From a virus, in the IMG/VR virus record IMGVR_UViG_3300001528_000176, positions 1 to 35,090 of that record: a DNA stretch of 35,090 nt; one strand, written 5' to 3'. The translations under genes and the position numbers were made by a program. Below are positions 6,662 to 16,059 of the stretch, in pieces. The notes below the pieces were generated by a model. The model had not been told where the DNA came from and made no database searches. It saw only the letters and a program-made list of their open reading frames with translations. Every line of letters begins with the position of its first letter. The stretch's first letter is position 1.

Positions 6662-7671
6662 CACGTCACCTCCAAGATATTTCCGAGTACGCCATCCTGC
6701 TTCACAGTCGCACTATACACCTGCTTTACAACCAGCAGCGCCCCGTACTGCACCGGGTCGATCCAGCCCACCGCTTTGCCAGCTACCTGACTTACGAGTT
6801 CTATCTTTTGGGACAGCATTGCCACCATCGCGTCCACAGTCCCGGGTTTGACTTGTGTCTCCGCCGCCAGCTGGCCGATGCCATGACCATCGGCCATCGT
6901 CAGCGTTTCTGGCTGTATTGCGCTTCCAACGGTAAACCCAGAAGCCACAGCGCCGTCCGCACCATCACCGGCTTCACCATCTGCCAATGCGGTTATCCGC
7001 TCCATGCCGTCAAGCTGCCCGTCGGCAAAGATCACTGCGTCACCGGCAGAAGAGGTCTGCACCAGCTGAAGCGCCAACGATGCTTTGTCATCTACCAGCG
7101 TCGCTGCTACGGCAGACGGTACGGGCGTGGTCAGCGTCAGCGCGTCACCGGTTTCGATGGGTAGAAGCACCAGCGCAACCGCGGGCGGGATCGTTGTCCC
7201 CATCGTCAGTTCATCGCCCACATCGCCCACGGGCACTAAGCCCAAGGCCACAGCCGGAGGCACAGACGTGGCAATCTTCAGCAGCGCCTCGATCTGCTGC
7301 TTGTTGACGATAATGTCCTTGCCCAGTGCCGTATATTGCAGCAGCAGGGTCTCCAGTGCCGCGCCGTTGGACGTTCCTGCCGCCGTGGACTCCGCCGCAG
7401 TCAGCAGTGTCAGCAGTCCCCCTGCGCTTCCGTCGGCCAGGCCGTTGGCTTTCCCCGGTACGCTGGCCGTCATAGCCAGCGCTTCAGCCGCATTCCCCGG
7501 CAGCAGCACCGCCGCCACGCCGTCTGCTGTGTTCTCAAAGGCCAGCTGCGCATGGTCTTCACCGGGGATCTTTTTCACGTTCTGCCACACCAGCACGCTG
7601 CCCAGATACACCTCGCTGTGGTAGCGCCCGTCCATATACACCGCGCCGATCTGCCCGTTGAGATAGATCAT
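6661..7671 (-). CDS. Tail/baseplate-associated structural protein with internal tandem repeats (336 aa)
   Basis: Its position supports a structural role. It has an Ala/Gly/Thr-rich repeat pattern (T-x-V/I-P-P/S-A-V-A...L-T). The SD is GAGGAGG. Confidence 0.5.
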   Translation of the reverse strand: MIYLNGQIGAVYMDGRYHSEVYLGSVLVWQNVKKIPGEDHAQLAFENTADGVAAVLLPGNAAEALAMTASVPGKANGLADGSAGGLLTLLTAAESTAAGTSNGAALETLLLQYTALGKDIIVNKQQIEALLKIATSVPPAVALGLVPVGDVGDELTMGTTIPPAVALVLLPIETGDALTLTTPVPSAVAATLVDDKASLALQLVQTSSAGDAVIFADGQLDGMERITALADGEAGDGADGAVASGFTVGSAIQPETLTMADGHGIGQLAAETQVKPGTVDAMVAMLSQKIELVSQVAGKAVGWIDPVQYGALLVVKQVYSATVKQDGVLGNILEVT

Positions 7672-7674
7672 CGG

Positions 7675-7887
7675 TCATTCCTCCTCGCGGATCAGATACA
7701 GCACATTGGGGTCGGGGTTCGCCGGCAGCGCGTCCACACTCTGCACCTCGGTGATCTTTGCTAACATTACTGGTAGCCGCGTGCCGTCCTCGTCCACCTG
7801 CACGTCCGGGGCGTTCACCAGCGGGAAATCGCCGTTGTTCTTGGCCTTGAGCCCGGAGATCAGTTCAACGCTTCCATTGTATGCCAT
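7675..7887 (-). CDS. Small tail-module protein (70 aa), unknown function
   Basis: An AAGGAGG SD is present, and the gene is tightly packed between structural genes. Confidence 0.55.
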   Translation of the reverse strand: MAYNGSVELISGLKAKNNGDFPLVNAPDVQVDEDGTRLPVMLAKITEVQSVDALPANPDPNVLYLIREEE

Positions 7888-7901
7888 GTCTCTCTACCTC
7901 C

Positions 7902-9500
7902 TTAACTCACCTTCACGGTGGTAGCGCCCAAACCGGCGTTGTCGCTGCGCCACACCTGATAGCTCTCCGTGTAGCCGGAAGAATTTGTAAAGTTGAAGGT
8001 TTCCACCTTGGAAAAGCCTCCGTCAAAACCGCCCACATTGAAATTGGGAGTGCCATAGCTCACGGGGCAGGCGTACCAGATGTATTCCCCGGCTCCGGCA
8101 TTGACGGTAAACGTTTTGCTCTTGCCGCTTTGCAGAGATTTTGTCAGTGTCTGCACAAACGCGCTGTCAATGGCAGCAGGCGCTGCCGCCGCGCCGGTAT
8201 ACACACCGTTCAGCCACTGGATGCTGGCTGTTTTCGATGGTGCCGTCCCACGATCATCCGCGACGATCAGCTCCACCGTGAGCGTACCGGAGGTTTTCTC
8301 CTGCGTTTTTACACCGTTCCACTGGGTCGCAGCGCTGCCGGTCAGCGCCGTGGTGCTCCGCACATCCGCGCCGATGTTCTCGATGATCACCGTGTCCTCC
8401 GAACCCACCGCGCCGGACACGGTAATGATCTGCTCCGCCGGCGTCTTGTTCAGCACCCACTCCGCATCAACCCCCGTTACAGCGGTTCCGATCTCATACA
8501 CAGAGTCTTTGTTCAGCGTCAGGGAGTTGACCGCGATGGCCTTGTAAAGACTCAGCGTTCCATCTGCCGCAATGTCGAAATCGTAGCCGGGCTTCACAAC
8601 ACCCGCCGTCTCATGCGTGGCGGCCTCAGCCGCCGCCTTCACACCGGTGTCCGTTTCGCCCAAATACCAGTTGCCGTTCGTTCCGATGGTCGGAGTGGTG
8701 CCGTCGGTGCCTCTTAGGGTGCCCTTGTAATTAATGTCAGCTCTGCCGCTGCCGTCTGCGTTATCAGTGCGATTGGTGCAAAGGCCGACATTGCCGTTTT
8801 CTGGGTTGTACAGCCAATCTCCCTTGCCCCATTTAGGCGCTATAATCGAACCATCCCAAACAACGGCCTGTACGAGTGAGGTTCCCACATTGTGCTGATA
8901 CCATCCCAGACCACGTGTCCCATCCTCACCTATGGCTGTGTATTCCGTTGCAACATACGCATTCTTCGTCGCGTCCCAGAGTTCCCACTTACCGTCAGCG
9001 TTGATGCGTGGCTGATGCTCATTTAAGCCGTCCACCACTTCGTCCAGTGCCGCTTTCAGCGCCTCAGAAACGATGTTAATATAATCTCCGGATATGATCT
9101 CAGCGTCCGGGTACACGCTGGGAGCCACGAACAGGAGGAAAGCGAACGTAGCCAGCCGGTTGGCAGACAGGAGCTCGCCCTCCGCGGCCGGCGCGTATAG
9201 CTCCACCTGGCAGCGCACAGGCCCACCTACGGCCAAAACTTGCAGCGCCACGGGAATGGTGGCAACGTTATTTGCTAAATTTATTTTTGCCCCATCCTCC
9301 GCGGTGTCGTACAGGCCGCCGGTTCCATCCGGCTTACGGAAGCGCAGCATGCACATCGTCCCGTCAGGGGGAGAATAGATCTTCGCTCCATCCCACAGCG
9401 AAGCGGATATAATTCGCCCGCCATCCCCCTGCGGCATGTGTAGCTGGGGAGGGATGCCATCTATTGATAGATTCAGATCGATACTCTGGGTAATTTGCAT
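7902..9500 (-). CDS. Baseplate upper protein (BppU-like N-terminus) / fibre protein (532 aa)
   Basis: The N-terminus IDLNLSIDGIPPQLHMPQGDGGRIISASLWDG resembles the BppU-type Ig-like domain. The central motif is TPTIGTNGNWYLGETDTGVKA. The SD is AAGGAGG. Confidence 0.55.
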   Translation of the reverse strand: MQITQSIDLNLSIDGIPPQLHMPQGDGGRIISASLWDGAKIYSPPDGTMCMLRFRKPDGTGGLYDTAEDGAKINLANNVATIPVALQVLAVGGPVRCQVELYAPAAEGELLSANRLATFAFLLFVAPSVYPDAEIISGDYINIVSEALKAALDEVVDGLNEHQPRINADGKWELWDATKNAYVATEYTAIGEDGTRGLGWYQHNVGTSLVQAVVWDGSIIAPKWGKGDWLYNPENGNVGLCTNRTDNADGSGRADINYKGTLRGTDGTTPTIGTNGNWYLGETDTGVKAAAEAATHETAGVVKPGYDFDIAADGTLSLYKAIAVNSLTLNKDSVYEIGTAVTGVDAEWVLNKTPAEQIITVSGAVGSEDTVIIENIGADVRSTTALTGSAATQWNGVKTQEKTSGTLTVELIVADDRGTAPSKTASIQWLNGVYTGAAAAPAAIDSAFVQTLTKSLQSGKSKTFTVNAGAGEYIWYACPVSYGTPNFNVGGFDGGFSKVETFNFTNSSGYTESYQVWRSDNAGLGATTVKVS

Positions 9501-9512
9501 ATCCTCGCCTCC

Positions 9513-11603
9513 TTAGTAGTTATTGACGGATTTGACGCTCTGGATGCTGCCTGTACCGCTGGCGTTGGAGTAATTACCGTATCCATCAAAGTTGAAAGAG
9601 CAGTACCAGTCGTCTGAAGCGCACTGGAAGCGGCCGGAGATACCGCGTGGAATGAAGCAGCTTGCCTGCGCGCCGCTATTGCCAGCCGCATAGACCACGT
9701 AACCGATGGTCGCTTTCTCGAAGGGCTGGATTGTCTTTCCGCCGACCTTCAAAGAATTACTGAATTCACCCGACGCCCCTTTTATGACACCCGTAGCCGT
9801 GACGCTGTCGGCTTTCATTGCACTGGTGGCGGTGACATTAAGGGCTTCGACCGAATTGGCCTTCACGTTGGAGAAGCCGACAGACAATACGATGTTTTCC
9901 GTGTCGCCGCCTGTATTGTTGTCGTGGTATACCCGATATATCTTCAGCAGGTTCTCACCGTCTGCCGGGTCGATTCGCAGCCGCCAGCTGGTTGTGAAAT
10001 TTACCGTTACTTCGCCGTGAATTATCTCAAAGATACGCTGAGCGTCGATGATGTTAATCTCGCCGTTGCCGTTAGCATCCAGCTTCTCGTAGTCCTGCAG
10101 CGTAGGAGCGATATCGCCTGAAACTATCTTAATTGCACGCTGATAATCCGCCTCTGTGTAGTCGGCATTCGTGTATGTCCCACCCTCCGCGGAGGTGTCG
10201 ATCGTGCCGCCGTCCAGGTTAATGAGAAAGTTGCCCTGCTCGCTGGCGATCGTGCCGGCCACCAAGTGCGCGGCGGTTATCATCCACGCCTGAATGCCTC
10301 CGGCAATAGTAGCGCCCATGGTGTAGGGACCATCGTAGCCTGATTCGCTGGCCGCCCAGCCCTCATAGTTAAAGCGCCAAACTTTTTTCGCCTTTGTCGG
10401 ATCGGGATCGTCTGCGATGTACAACTCGTCCGGTTCCCCATCTTCGTCGGTATCCAGGAGCCTCACAGCGCCGCCATTTGCCCCCATCAGCGCAGACATG
10501 ATGCGCGAAGATATCTGTTCCACCATGGACGCGGAGGGCTTGGCATCAATTTGCTGCTGTTGGCCGGCGATGGTGGCCGCGATGTTGGCCTTTACGCTGC
10601 CCAGAGCCACGCTGTCGTAGCGCTCCAGCAGGCAATCCCAAACGATCTTATTTACCCGTGCCTTGGCGTCCACACCCAGCCGTGCGAAGTGGACGCCCAC
10701 CGTGTCGCCCAGATATATCTGTTCCAGGTGCGCCACATTCTCATACCCGGAGGCCTGAGCCAGCAGCGCCAGCTTCACTTCCCAGCTCACTGTCGGCACG
10801 CCGATCTGGTTGCGCTTGATATACGCCGCACCAGCTGCCTGCAGCTCCGCCTCGGTGGGCTGCTCCTCAAAGTCGGAGGACAGATCCAACGGCATGAGCC
10901 TGGTGTAACCGAAATCGCCCTCCGCATACACCGGCGGAGCCATAACGGTGGTTTCATTATCCTTCCAGTATGGGACCACGCCCGTATAGCAGTTGGCGCA
11001 GTTGGAGTCCTGCGTCAGATCGGTAAGGTTCTTTCCGTACCGGACGGCTACGCCGCGATCAGCGCCGCAGCGCGTCAGCAGACGCACCGCCCAGCCGTCA
11101 AACTCATATTCGCCGCCGTATACATCTAGTAGGCTACCCCGTTGCCCTCCCAGCAGCGCCCACGCGCTGGTTGGCACCGTTACTGCCATGGTCGCCACCG
11201 TGGTCTTATCGGTGGTCAGCTCAAACGGCATGCCAGACGGCAGCGCGTGCGCCTTGATACCGGCCACCGCGGACGGTGCGTCCGCTGCCGTAAAGGGAGC
11301 CACCACATAGCCGCCCAGATCATAGGCTACATGACGGGCATAGATCGTGGCCACGCCGCCCATGGCGGGCGTGATCCGGTAGATCCGGAGCGGCTGGAGA
11401 TTCTTGTCTGGATCCACGGCCACACGAAGGATGCTCCTCAGTGCGATTTCTCCGTAATGGATACCCTCTACAGGATACCGCATTTCCAATTCATACTGTC
11501 CGTTCAGCTCCCGCGTTACCTTGCAGGAAATTGCATCCGACAGAATGCCCAGACCGTTGTCGTCAAAGCTGGTGCGGTCTGCAGCGTACAGGATAGGCTT
11601 CAT
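9513..11603 (-). CDS. Tail-associated lysin/tip protein (Tal; prophage-tail endopeptidase-type N-terminus), 696 aa
   Basis: The N-terminus reads MKPILYAADRTSFDDNGLGILSDAISCKVTRELNGQYELEMRYP. The ATGA overlap with the Dit stop codon fixes the start at 11603. The gene sits downstream of Dit and the tape measure. Confidence 0.7.
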   Translation of the reverse strand: MKPILYAADRTSFDDNGLGILSDAISCKVTRELNGQYELEMRYPVEGIHYGEIALRSILRVAVDPDKNLQPLRIYRITPAMGGVATIYARHVAYDLGGYVVAPFTAADAPSAVAGIKAHALPSGMPFELTTDKTTVATMAVTVPTSAWALLGGQRGSLLDVYGGEYEFDGWAVRLLTRCGADRGVAVRYGKNLTDLTQDSNCANCYTGVVPYWKDNETTVMAPPVYAEGDFGYTRLMPLDLSSDFEEQPTEAELQAAGAAYIKRNQIGVPTVSWEVKLALLAQASGYENVAHLEQIYLGDTVGVHFARLGVDAKARVNKIVWDCLLERYDSVALGSVKANIAATIAGQQQQIDAKPSASMVEQISSRIMSALMGANGGAVRLLDTDEDGEPDELYIADDPDPTKAKKVWRFNYEGWAASESGYDGPYTMGATIAGGIQAWMITAAHLVAGTIASEQGNFLINLDGGTIDTSAEGGTYTNADYTEADYQRAIKIVSGDIAPTLQDYEKLDANGNGEINIIDAQRIFEIIHGEVTVNFTTSWRLRIDPADGENLLKIYRVYHDNNTGGDTENIVLSVGFSNVKANSVEALNVTATSAMKADSVTATGVIKGASGEFSNSLKVGGKTIQPFEKATIGYVVYAAGNSGAQASCFIPRGISGRFQCASDDWYCSFNFDGYGNYSNASGTGSIQSVKSVNNY

Positions 11604-12307
11604 AGCGTCCACCACCTCGGCTTGATCTCCACGCCTGTAATGCCGCCCGCCCAGCGGACGGCGACCTCTCCGGCCGGCAGCGTGGGGAACTCCGGCGCGG
11701 AGATGGTGCTGTTGAGGTTAAGCTCCCCGTAGTAGGCGTTCTGGGTGTCTGAGTCGAGCACCACGACGCCTCTCGGCATGCTGTTGATGGTTACGGTCAC
11801 GTCACCGATCGTCAGGGTACCGGCGCCTGTGCCGGTGATGGTGATAAGCGGCAGCGCCGTGAACGCTGTGGGATTCAGCAGCGCCTGCCCCTGCGTCGCA
11901 TGCACGACCTGATCCCCAACGCGCAGGAACCGCTGAGGCTTGCAGTTAAACTCAATGGTCGCCCTGCCAAACCGGTGCATAACACTCTCCACGTCCAGAG
12001 GGCCGGCGAAATACGCCAGCCGATACGTGCCCACATCGTAGTCGTCCTCCAGCTTCTGGTACCCGGAGGGGGCACACAGCCAGTTGGCGATCTCACGCAT
12101 GGCGCGTGGCAGACGGATGCGCTCCGCGCTCACGTAGACATCGTAGGGCTGGATGTAGTTCTGATAGGCGTTCTGCGGAAACAGCAGATCGCCGTTTCTG
12201 CCGGGCACAGCCTGCGTGTCCTGCTTTCGCCCGGCCAGGTTTACGCTGGGGTAGCGCTCCACGACCACGTGGACGTCATCGGAGCTGCGCCCCGCCCAAT
12301 AAATCAT
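11600..12307 (-). CDS. Distal tail protein (Dit)
   Basis: It lies immediately after the tape measure gene (ATGA overlap). The N-terminus MIYWAGRSSDDVHVVVERYPSVNLAGRK...VPGRNGDL is typical of siphovirus Dit proteins. Confidence 0.7.
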   Translation of the reverse strand: MIYWAGRSSDDVHVVVERYPSVNLAGRKQDTQAVPGRNGDLLFPQNAYQNYIQPYDVYVSAERIRLPRAMREIANWLCAPSGYQKLEDDYDVGTYRLAYFAGPLDVESVMHRFGRATIEFNCKPQRFLRVGDQVVHATQGQALLNPTAFTALPLITITGTGAGTLTIGDVTVTINSMPRGVVVLDSDTQNAYYGELNLNSTISAPEFPTLPAGEVAVRWAGGITGVEIKPRWWTL

Positions 12308-14358
12308 GCGAACACCGCCTCTCTGCGCTCCACCGCGTTCTGCATCCTGGCCATAACGATGTCGGCCAGCTCGCTCACGTCTTGCCCCTGCGCGCCGTAC
12401 ACCACGATATTGACGCCGCCGAGATTGGTCGTGGTGCTGCCGGGCATGGAGATGGCGGACAGAGCGCTCAGCTGCGTGCCCATGTCCCGCATAGCCTTCG
12501 GCATGGCCTGCTCCACGCCCAGCGTGATGCCGGGTGGGATGAACTTGCCGACTTCGTCGGCAAAAACCTTTGAGGGGGAGTGGATGCCAAAGAAGTCCTT
12601 GATCCAGCCGACCACAGAGGACGCCCAGCCCTTAACCTTCTCATACAGCCACGTCGCCGCGTTGCTGATTCCGTTGAACAGGCCGTGAACCAGCTGAGAC
12701 CCGACCTCACCAATAGCAGCCAGCCCCTTCAGCAGCCCCTTGACGATGGCGCCGATAATCTCCGGCAAGCGTCCGACCAGACGGGGTATCGCCTCGATCA
12801 AGCCCTGCGCCAGACCGGCGATCAGCTGACCGGCTGCGATAATCAGCAGGTCAATGTGGTTGAGAAGCCCCTCCGTAATGGTAATGATGGCATCCACTAC
12901 GGCGGGGATCAGCGTCGGGAGATTCTCCCCAATGCCGGACGCCAGCGCGGCGATAATCTCAACACCGGCAGAGATGATCTGCGGCAGCAGGATCGTCAGT
13001 TGCTCCACCAGCATGGGAATGACCGCCGTTATCGCCTCCACGGCCGCAGGAAGCGCTTGCACGATGCCGGATACCAGACCGCCGACCCCCTCGATAAGCG
13101 GCGGCAGGAGAAGCTCCAGGGCCGGCGCTACATAAGGAATCATGCCGGAGATCAACTGCGTGAGACCCTGAACAAAGCGCGGCAGCATGATCTGCAGGCG
13201 CGGTATCAGATTATCGGCGAAGGTGTTGACGCTGTCGATCACATTCTGCACCAGCTTGTCCAGATCCAGGTTCTCGTTGCTCATGCCGGTCAGGAGATTG
13301 CTCCAAGCAGACTTCATGGAGTTGGCGCTGCCATCGATAGTGGTGGCCGCCTCCTTGGCGGTCGTGCCGGTAATGCCTATCTCCGTCTGAACTACGTGGA
13401 TGGCGTCCACAATGTCGGCATAGCTGGAGATGTCGTACTTGATTCCGGAGATCTTCTCCGCGTCAGCAAGCAGACGCTGCATTTCCTCCTTCGTACCGCC
13501 ATAGCCCAGCTTCAGGTTGTCCAGCATGGTGTAGTTGGCCTTGGCGAAGCCCTGATAGGCGTTCTGGATGCTGGTCATGTCCGTGCCCATCTTGTTGGCG
13601 TTGTCGGACATGTCCGTAATAGCCTGGTCGGCTTTCTGAGCCGCCGCAGCCGTATCGCCGCCCAGAGACTGCAGCAGGGATGCGGAGAAGCTGGTGACGG
13701 TCTCCATGTAGTCGTTGGCGTTCAGGCCGGCAGTCTTGTAAGCCTCATTGGCGTACTGCTGCACCCGCGCGGAGGACTCCTTAAACAGGGTATCCACGCC
13801 GCCAATCAGCTGTTCCTGCTCGGCAAAGCCCATAATAGACTGCTTGCCCAGGTCGACCAGTGCAGCCGCAGCCTCCTTGATGGTGGCACTCATAGCTTTG
13901 ATGCCGGAGATAATGACGTCGGATGCAAGGTTAGCCTTCAGAACATCGCCAAAAGACAAGGCTTTCTGAGAGCCGTCGGCCATCTCATCATCCATGCTCT
14001 GGAGCTCTGAGGTAGTCGACCGGAGGTCGCCCTGCATCCTGTTCAGCGCGGCCTGCGCCTCGTTCAAAGCCTGCTGCCACTTCTGCGTGCGCGTATCCGC
14101 CTCGCCATACTTGGCGGCCGCCTTGCCGGTCTGCTCCGCCAGCAGCTTCACACGCTCACGCTGCACGTCGATTTGCTTGGACAGTACGGAGGCAGTCTTG
14201 GCGTTCCTTTCCTCCGCCGTCGTGGCAGCGGTAAACTGCGAAGCCACCAGCTTCATCTGGCTCTCCAGTGTCTTAGTCTGCTGGATGATCTGGTTAATCT
14301 GCCGGCGATACTCCGCCTCGCCGTCTACGCCGATCTTGGGGCCAATGTTCACAGCCAT
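12304..14358 (-). CDS. Tape measure protein (684 aa)
   Basis: It has a coiled-coil N-terminus and a long hydrophobic Gly/Ile/Ala-rich centre. It sits after the frameshifted chaperone genes. Confidence 0.85.
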   Translation of the reverse strand: MAVNIGPKIGVDGEAEYRRQINQIIQQTKTLESQMKLVASQFTAATTAEERNAKTASVLSKQIDVQRERVKLLAEQTGKAAAKYGEADTRTQKWQQALNEAQAALNRMQGDLRSTTSELQSMDDEMADGSQKALSFGDVLKANLASDVIISGIKAMSATIKEAAAALVDLGKQSIMGFAEQEQLIGGVDTLFKESSARVQQYANEAYKTAGLNANDYMETVTSFSASLLQSLGGDTAAAAQKADQAITDMSDNANKMGTDMTSIQNAYQGFAKANYTMLDNLKLGYGGTKEEMQRLLADAEKISGIKYDISSYADIVDAIHVVQTEIGITGTTAKEAATTIDGSANSMKSAWSNLLTGMSNENLDLDKLVQNVIDSVNTFADNLIPRLQIMLPRFVQGLTQLISGMIPYVAPALELLLPPLIEGVGGLVSGIVQALPAAVEAITAVIPMLVEQLTILLPQIISAGVEIIAALASGIGENLPTLIPAVVDAIITITEGLLNHIDLLIIAAGQLIAGLAQGLIEAIPRLVGRLPEIIGAIVKGLLKGLAAIGEVGSQLVHGLFNGISNAATWLYEKVKGWASSVVGWIKDFFGIHSPSKVFADEVGKFIPPGITLGVEQAMPKAMRDMGTQLSALSAISMPGSTTTNLGGVNIVVYGAQGQDVSELADIVMARMQNAVERREAVFA

Positions 14359-14362
14359 CTGA

Positions 14363-14907
14363 TCACCTCACCTTCATAGCCGCATCAAATGTCCAGTATT
14401 TCTGCTTCTTCTTCGCTTTCGCGCCGTTATATATGGCAAGGCAGGCGATCATGTCCAGCATCTCACCGTATCGCGTGCACATGATCTCCTGCCTCCTCAT
14501 ATTCAGCTTTCGCCCGTAGAACAGGAGCCAGGCAAGGTTCAGCTGGACTTCCGCGCCTTGCCGCCCTCTTTTTTTTCGGGCTCGACCTCCACCGTGGGCT
14601 TACTGTCTTCCGACCAGGCCGCCAGCGCCGCCGTCTGCAGCCCGGCGAACTCGCTCATCCGCAAGGCCATGATCTCCTCCACGGTAAGGGGCTGAGCCTT
14701 GTAGCCGGGAGTCTCAAAGGCGATCGCCTGCTCGTAGCCATCGCTCAAAGCGGCGATGATCGCCGCCGAGTCCCGAGCCACTCTGCCATACTGTCCCTCC
14801 AGCACCTCGCCCAGACGACTGATGTCGCCGTCCGGGCACAGGTCGGAGATCTTGGCGGACGCGCCCACCGTGAAGCGGAAGCCTACTTCTCTGCCGTGTA
14901 CCTGCAT
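14363..14907 (-). CDS. Tail assembly chaperone, -1 frameshift-extended form (G-T analogue)
   Basis: The A8 slippery run lies at 14569-14576, giving A_AAA_AAA in the zero frame. The -1 frame stays open from there to the TGA at 14363-14365 and encodes ...LNLAWLLFYGRKLNMRRQEIMCTRYGEMLDMIACLAIYNG.... Confidence 0.65.
14539..14907 (-). CDS. Tail assembly chaperone, short form (122 aa)
   Basis: It lies between the major tail protein and the tape measure. The SD is AAGGAGG. Confidence 0.75.
   Translation of the reverse strand: MQVHGREVGFRFTVGASAKISDLCPDGDISRLGEVLEGQYGRVARDSAAIIAALSDGYEQAIAFETPGYKAQPLTVEEIMALRMSEFAGLQTAALAAWSEDSKPTVEVEPEKKEGGKARKSS
14569..14576 (-). promoter_or_regulatory. Programmed -1 ribosomal frameshift slippery site (AAAAAAAA)
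   Basis: The plus-strand T8 run lies near the 3' end of the chaperone ORF, in register A_AAA_AAA. Confidence 0.6.
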
Positions 14908-14917
14908 AGCGGCCTCC

Positions 14918-15526
14918 TTACGCAGCGCCGCCCAGGATGGCCTTCAAGACCTCCACGGCGGCATCCTCGGTGGACTGATCGGCGCCCACCAGCTTCCAGT
15001 CGTGGTTGGCGGTATCGTCCCGCATCAGCGTGGCCGTCAGCTCCTGGGTCTGCCAGTCGATAGACTCTTCCTGCGTGGCGGCGTCAAGGCCGGGCTGCTG
15101 GAAGCGCGCCTTCGTCAGCACTACCGGCGCGTAGGTCACCACTCCGGCGCTCTGATAGCGCACCACAAAGCCGATGCCCACATAGGGGATATCCATGCCG
15201 TCACCGTAGTGCGAGACGTCTACCTGATTGCCATCGGCCGTGACCTTTGTGGTTTCCGGCAAACCCAGGATGAACTCCTCAGCAGCAGCCAGCAGACCGT
15301 CCACGGTCAATGTGGCGGTGCCACCGGTGAAAATCGCCGCTGCCGTTTCCGCAGACACGTTATCTGCGTAGAATACATTGTCGTCCGTGGTATCCAGCGA
15401 CAGCGCCACACTGACGCCGCGCGCTAGCTGCATCACGCCGCTGTAAGTGACCACGCTGCCGACGTTGGAATACTTGGCCACGTAGGGCATGCTGAAGCCC
15501 GTACAGACCTTTCCTGCTGCGCTCAT
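14918..15526 (-). CDS. Major tail protein (202 aa)
   Basis: The N-terminus GFSMPYVAKYSNVGSVVTYSG... and the following ...FYADNV... resemble phi13/TP901-type major tail proteins. The SD is GGAGGTG, and the position fits. Confidence 0.75.
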   Translation of the reverse strand: MSAAGKVCTGFSMPYVAKYSNVGSVVTYSGVMQLARGVSVALSLDTTDDNVFYADNVSAETAAAIFTGGTATLTVDGLLAAAEEFILGLPETTKVTADGNQVDVSHYGDGMDIPYVGIGFVVRYQSAGVVTYAPVVLTKARFQQPGLDAATQEESIDWQTQELTATLMRDDTANHDWKLVGADQSTEDAAVEVLKAILGGAA

Positions 15527-15537
15527 AGCAGCACCTC

Positions 15538-16059
15538 CTATTTCTTAGTTCTATTGCGAATCCGCATAGCCACGATGTCTTGATACGACATAGCCTTTTT
15601 GATTTCTTGATCACATACCTCGGCCATTTTCGCCTCAGTCTCCTTTTTCTTACTATTTACGGTTTTGTCGATGAATTTAGTCTTCTTTCTGAAGGTCGTA
15701 CCGCTGTTAGCTGCGCGCGCAATCAGCGTGTTGGGCTGGCCGTTGGGGTACTTTTCAGTTTTAACTGAGTTATAGCCGTCGAAGCCCAGCTTTACGTTGA
15801 CAAAGCCATCATCATCGTGCATCTTGCTAATGCCGAAGCCCTCCAGCAGGCCGCGCTTTTGCGCCGGGGTAACTGTTCCAAGGATTGCGTCCTTTTCCCG
15901 ACCTTCCGGCAACGCTTCAATAGCCGACCTTAACGCATTCGCCATGACAGCCGCGCCCGCGTAGGTCGTCCGCCGCAGAATTGTGTCCTTCGTAGCAGCG
16001 TACATCCAGTCCAATTGTTTTATGTACTTGCTAAGGCCGGGGAACTCAAACGTAGCCAT
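15538..16059 (-). CDS. Tail-completion / HK97 gp10-family head-tail protein (173 aa)
   Basis: The ATG at 16059 overlaps the upstream TGA. Synteny supports the call. The N-terminus is MATFEFPGLSKYIKQLD.... Confidence 0.6.
   Translation of the reverse strand: MATFEFPGLSKYIKQLDWMYAATKDTILRRTTYAGAAVMANALRSAIEALPEGREKDAILGTVTPAQKRGLLEGFGISKMHDDDGFVNVKLGFDGYNSVKTEKYPNGQPNTLIARAANSGTTFRKKTKFIDKTVNSKKKETEAKMAEVCDQEIKKAMSYQDIVAMRIRNRTKK

Noticed and set aside
5456-9500. A diversity-generating retroelement targeting the fibre genes.
   Set aside because: No reverse transcriptase gene and no template/variable repeat pair were found anywhere in the window. The repeats in 6661-7671 are in-frame tandem protein repeats.
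12580-14010. Long plus-strand ORFs antisense to structural genes, for example 476 aa at 12580-14010, 397 aa at 21079-22272, 351 aa at 18376-19431 and 297 aa at 19431-20324.
   Set aside because: These are shadow ORFs, typical of high-GC DNA. They are Arg/Gly/His-rich and low in complexity, have no SD sequences, and lie fully antisense to well-supported tape measure, terminase, protease and portal genes.
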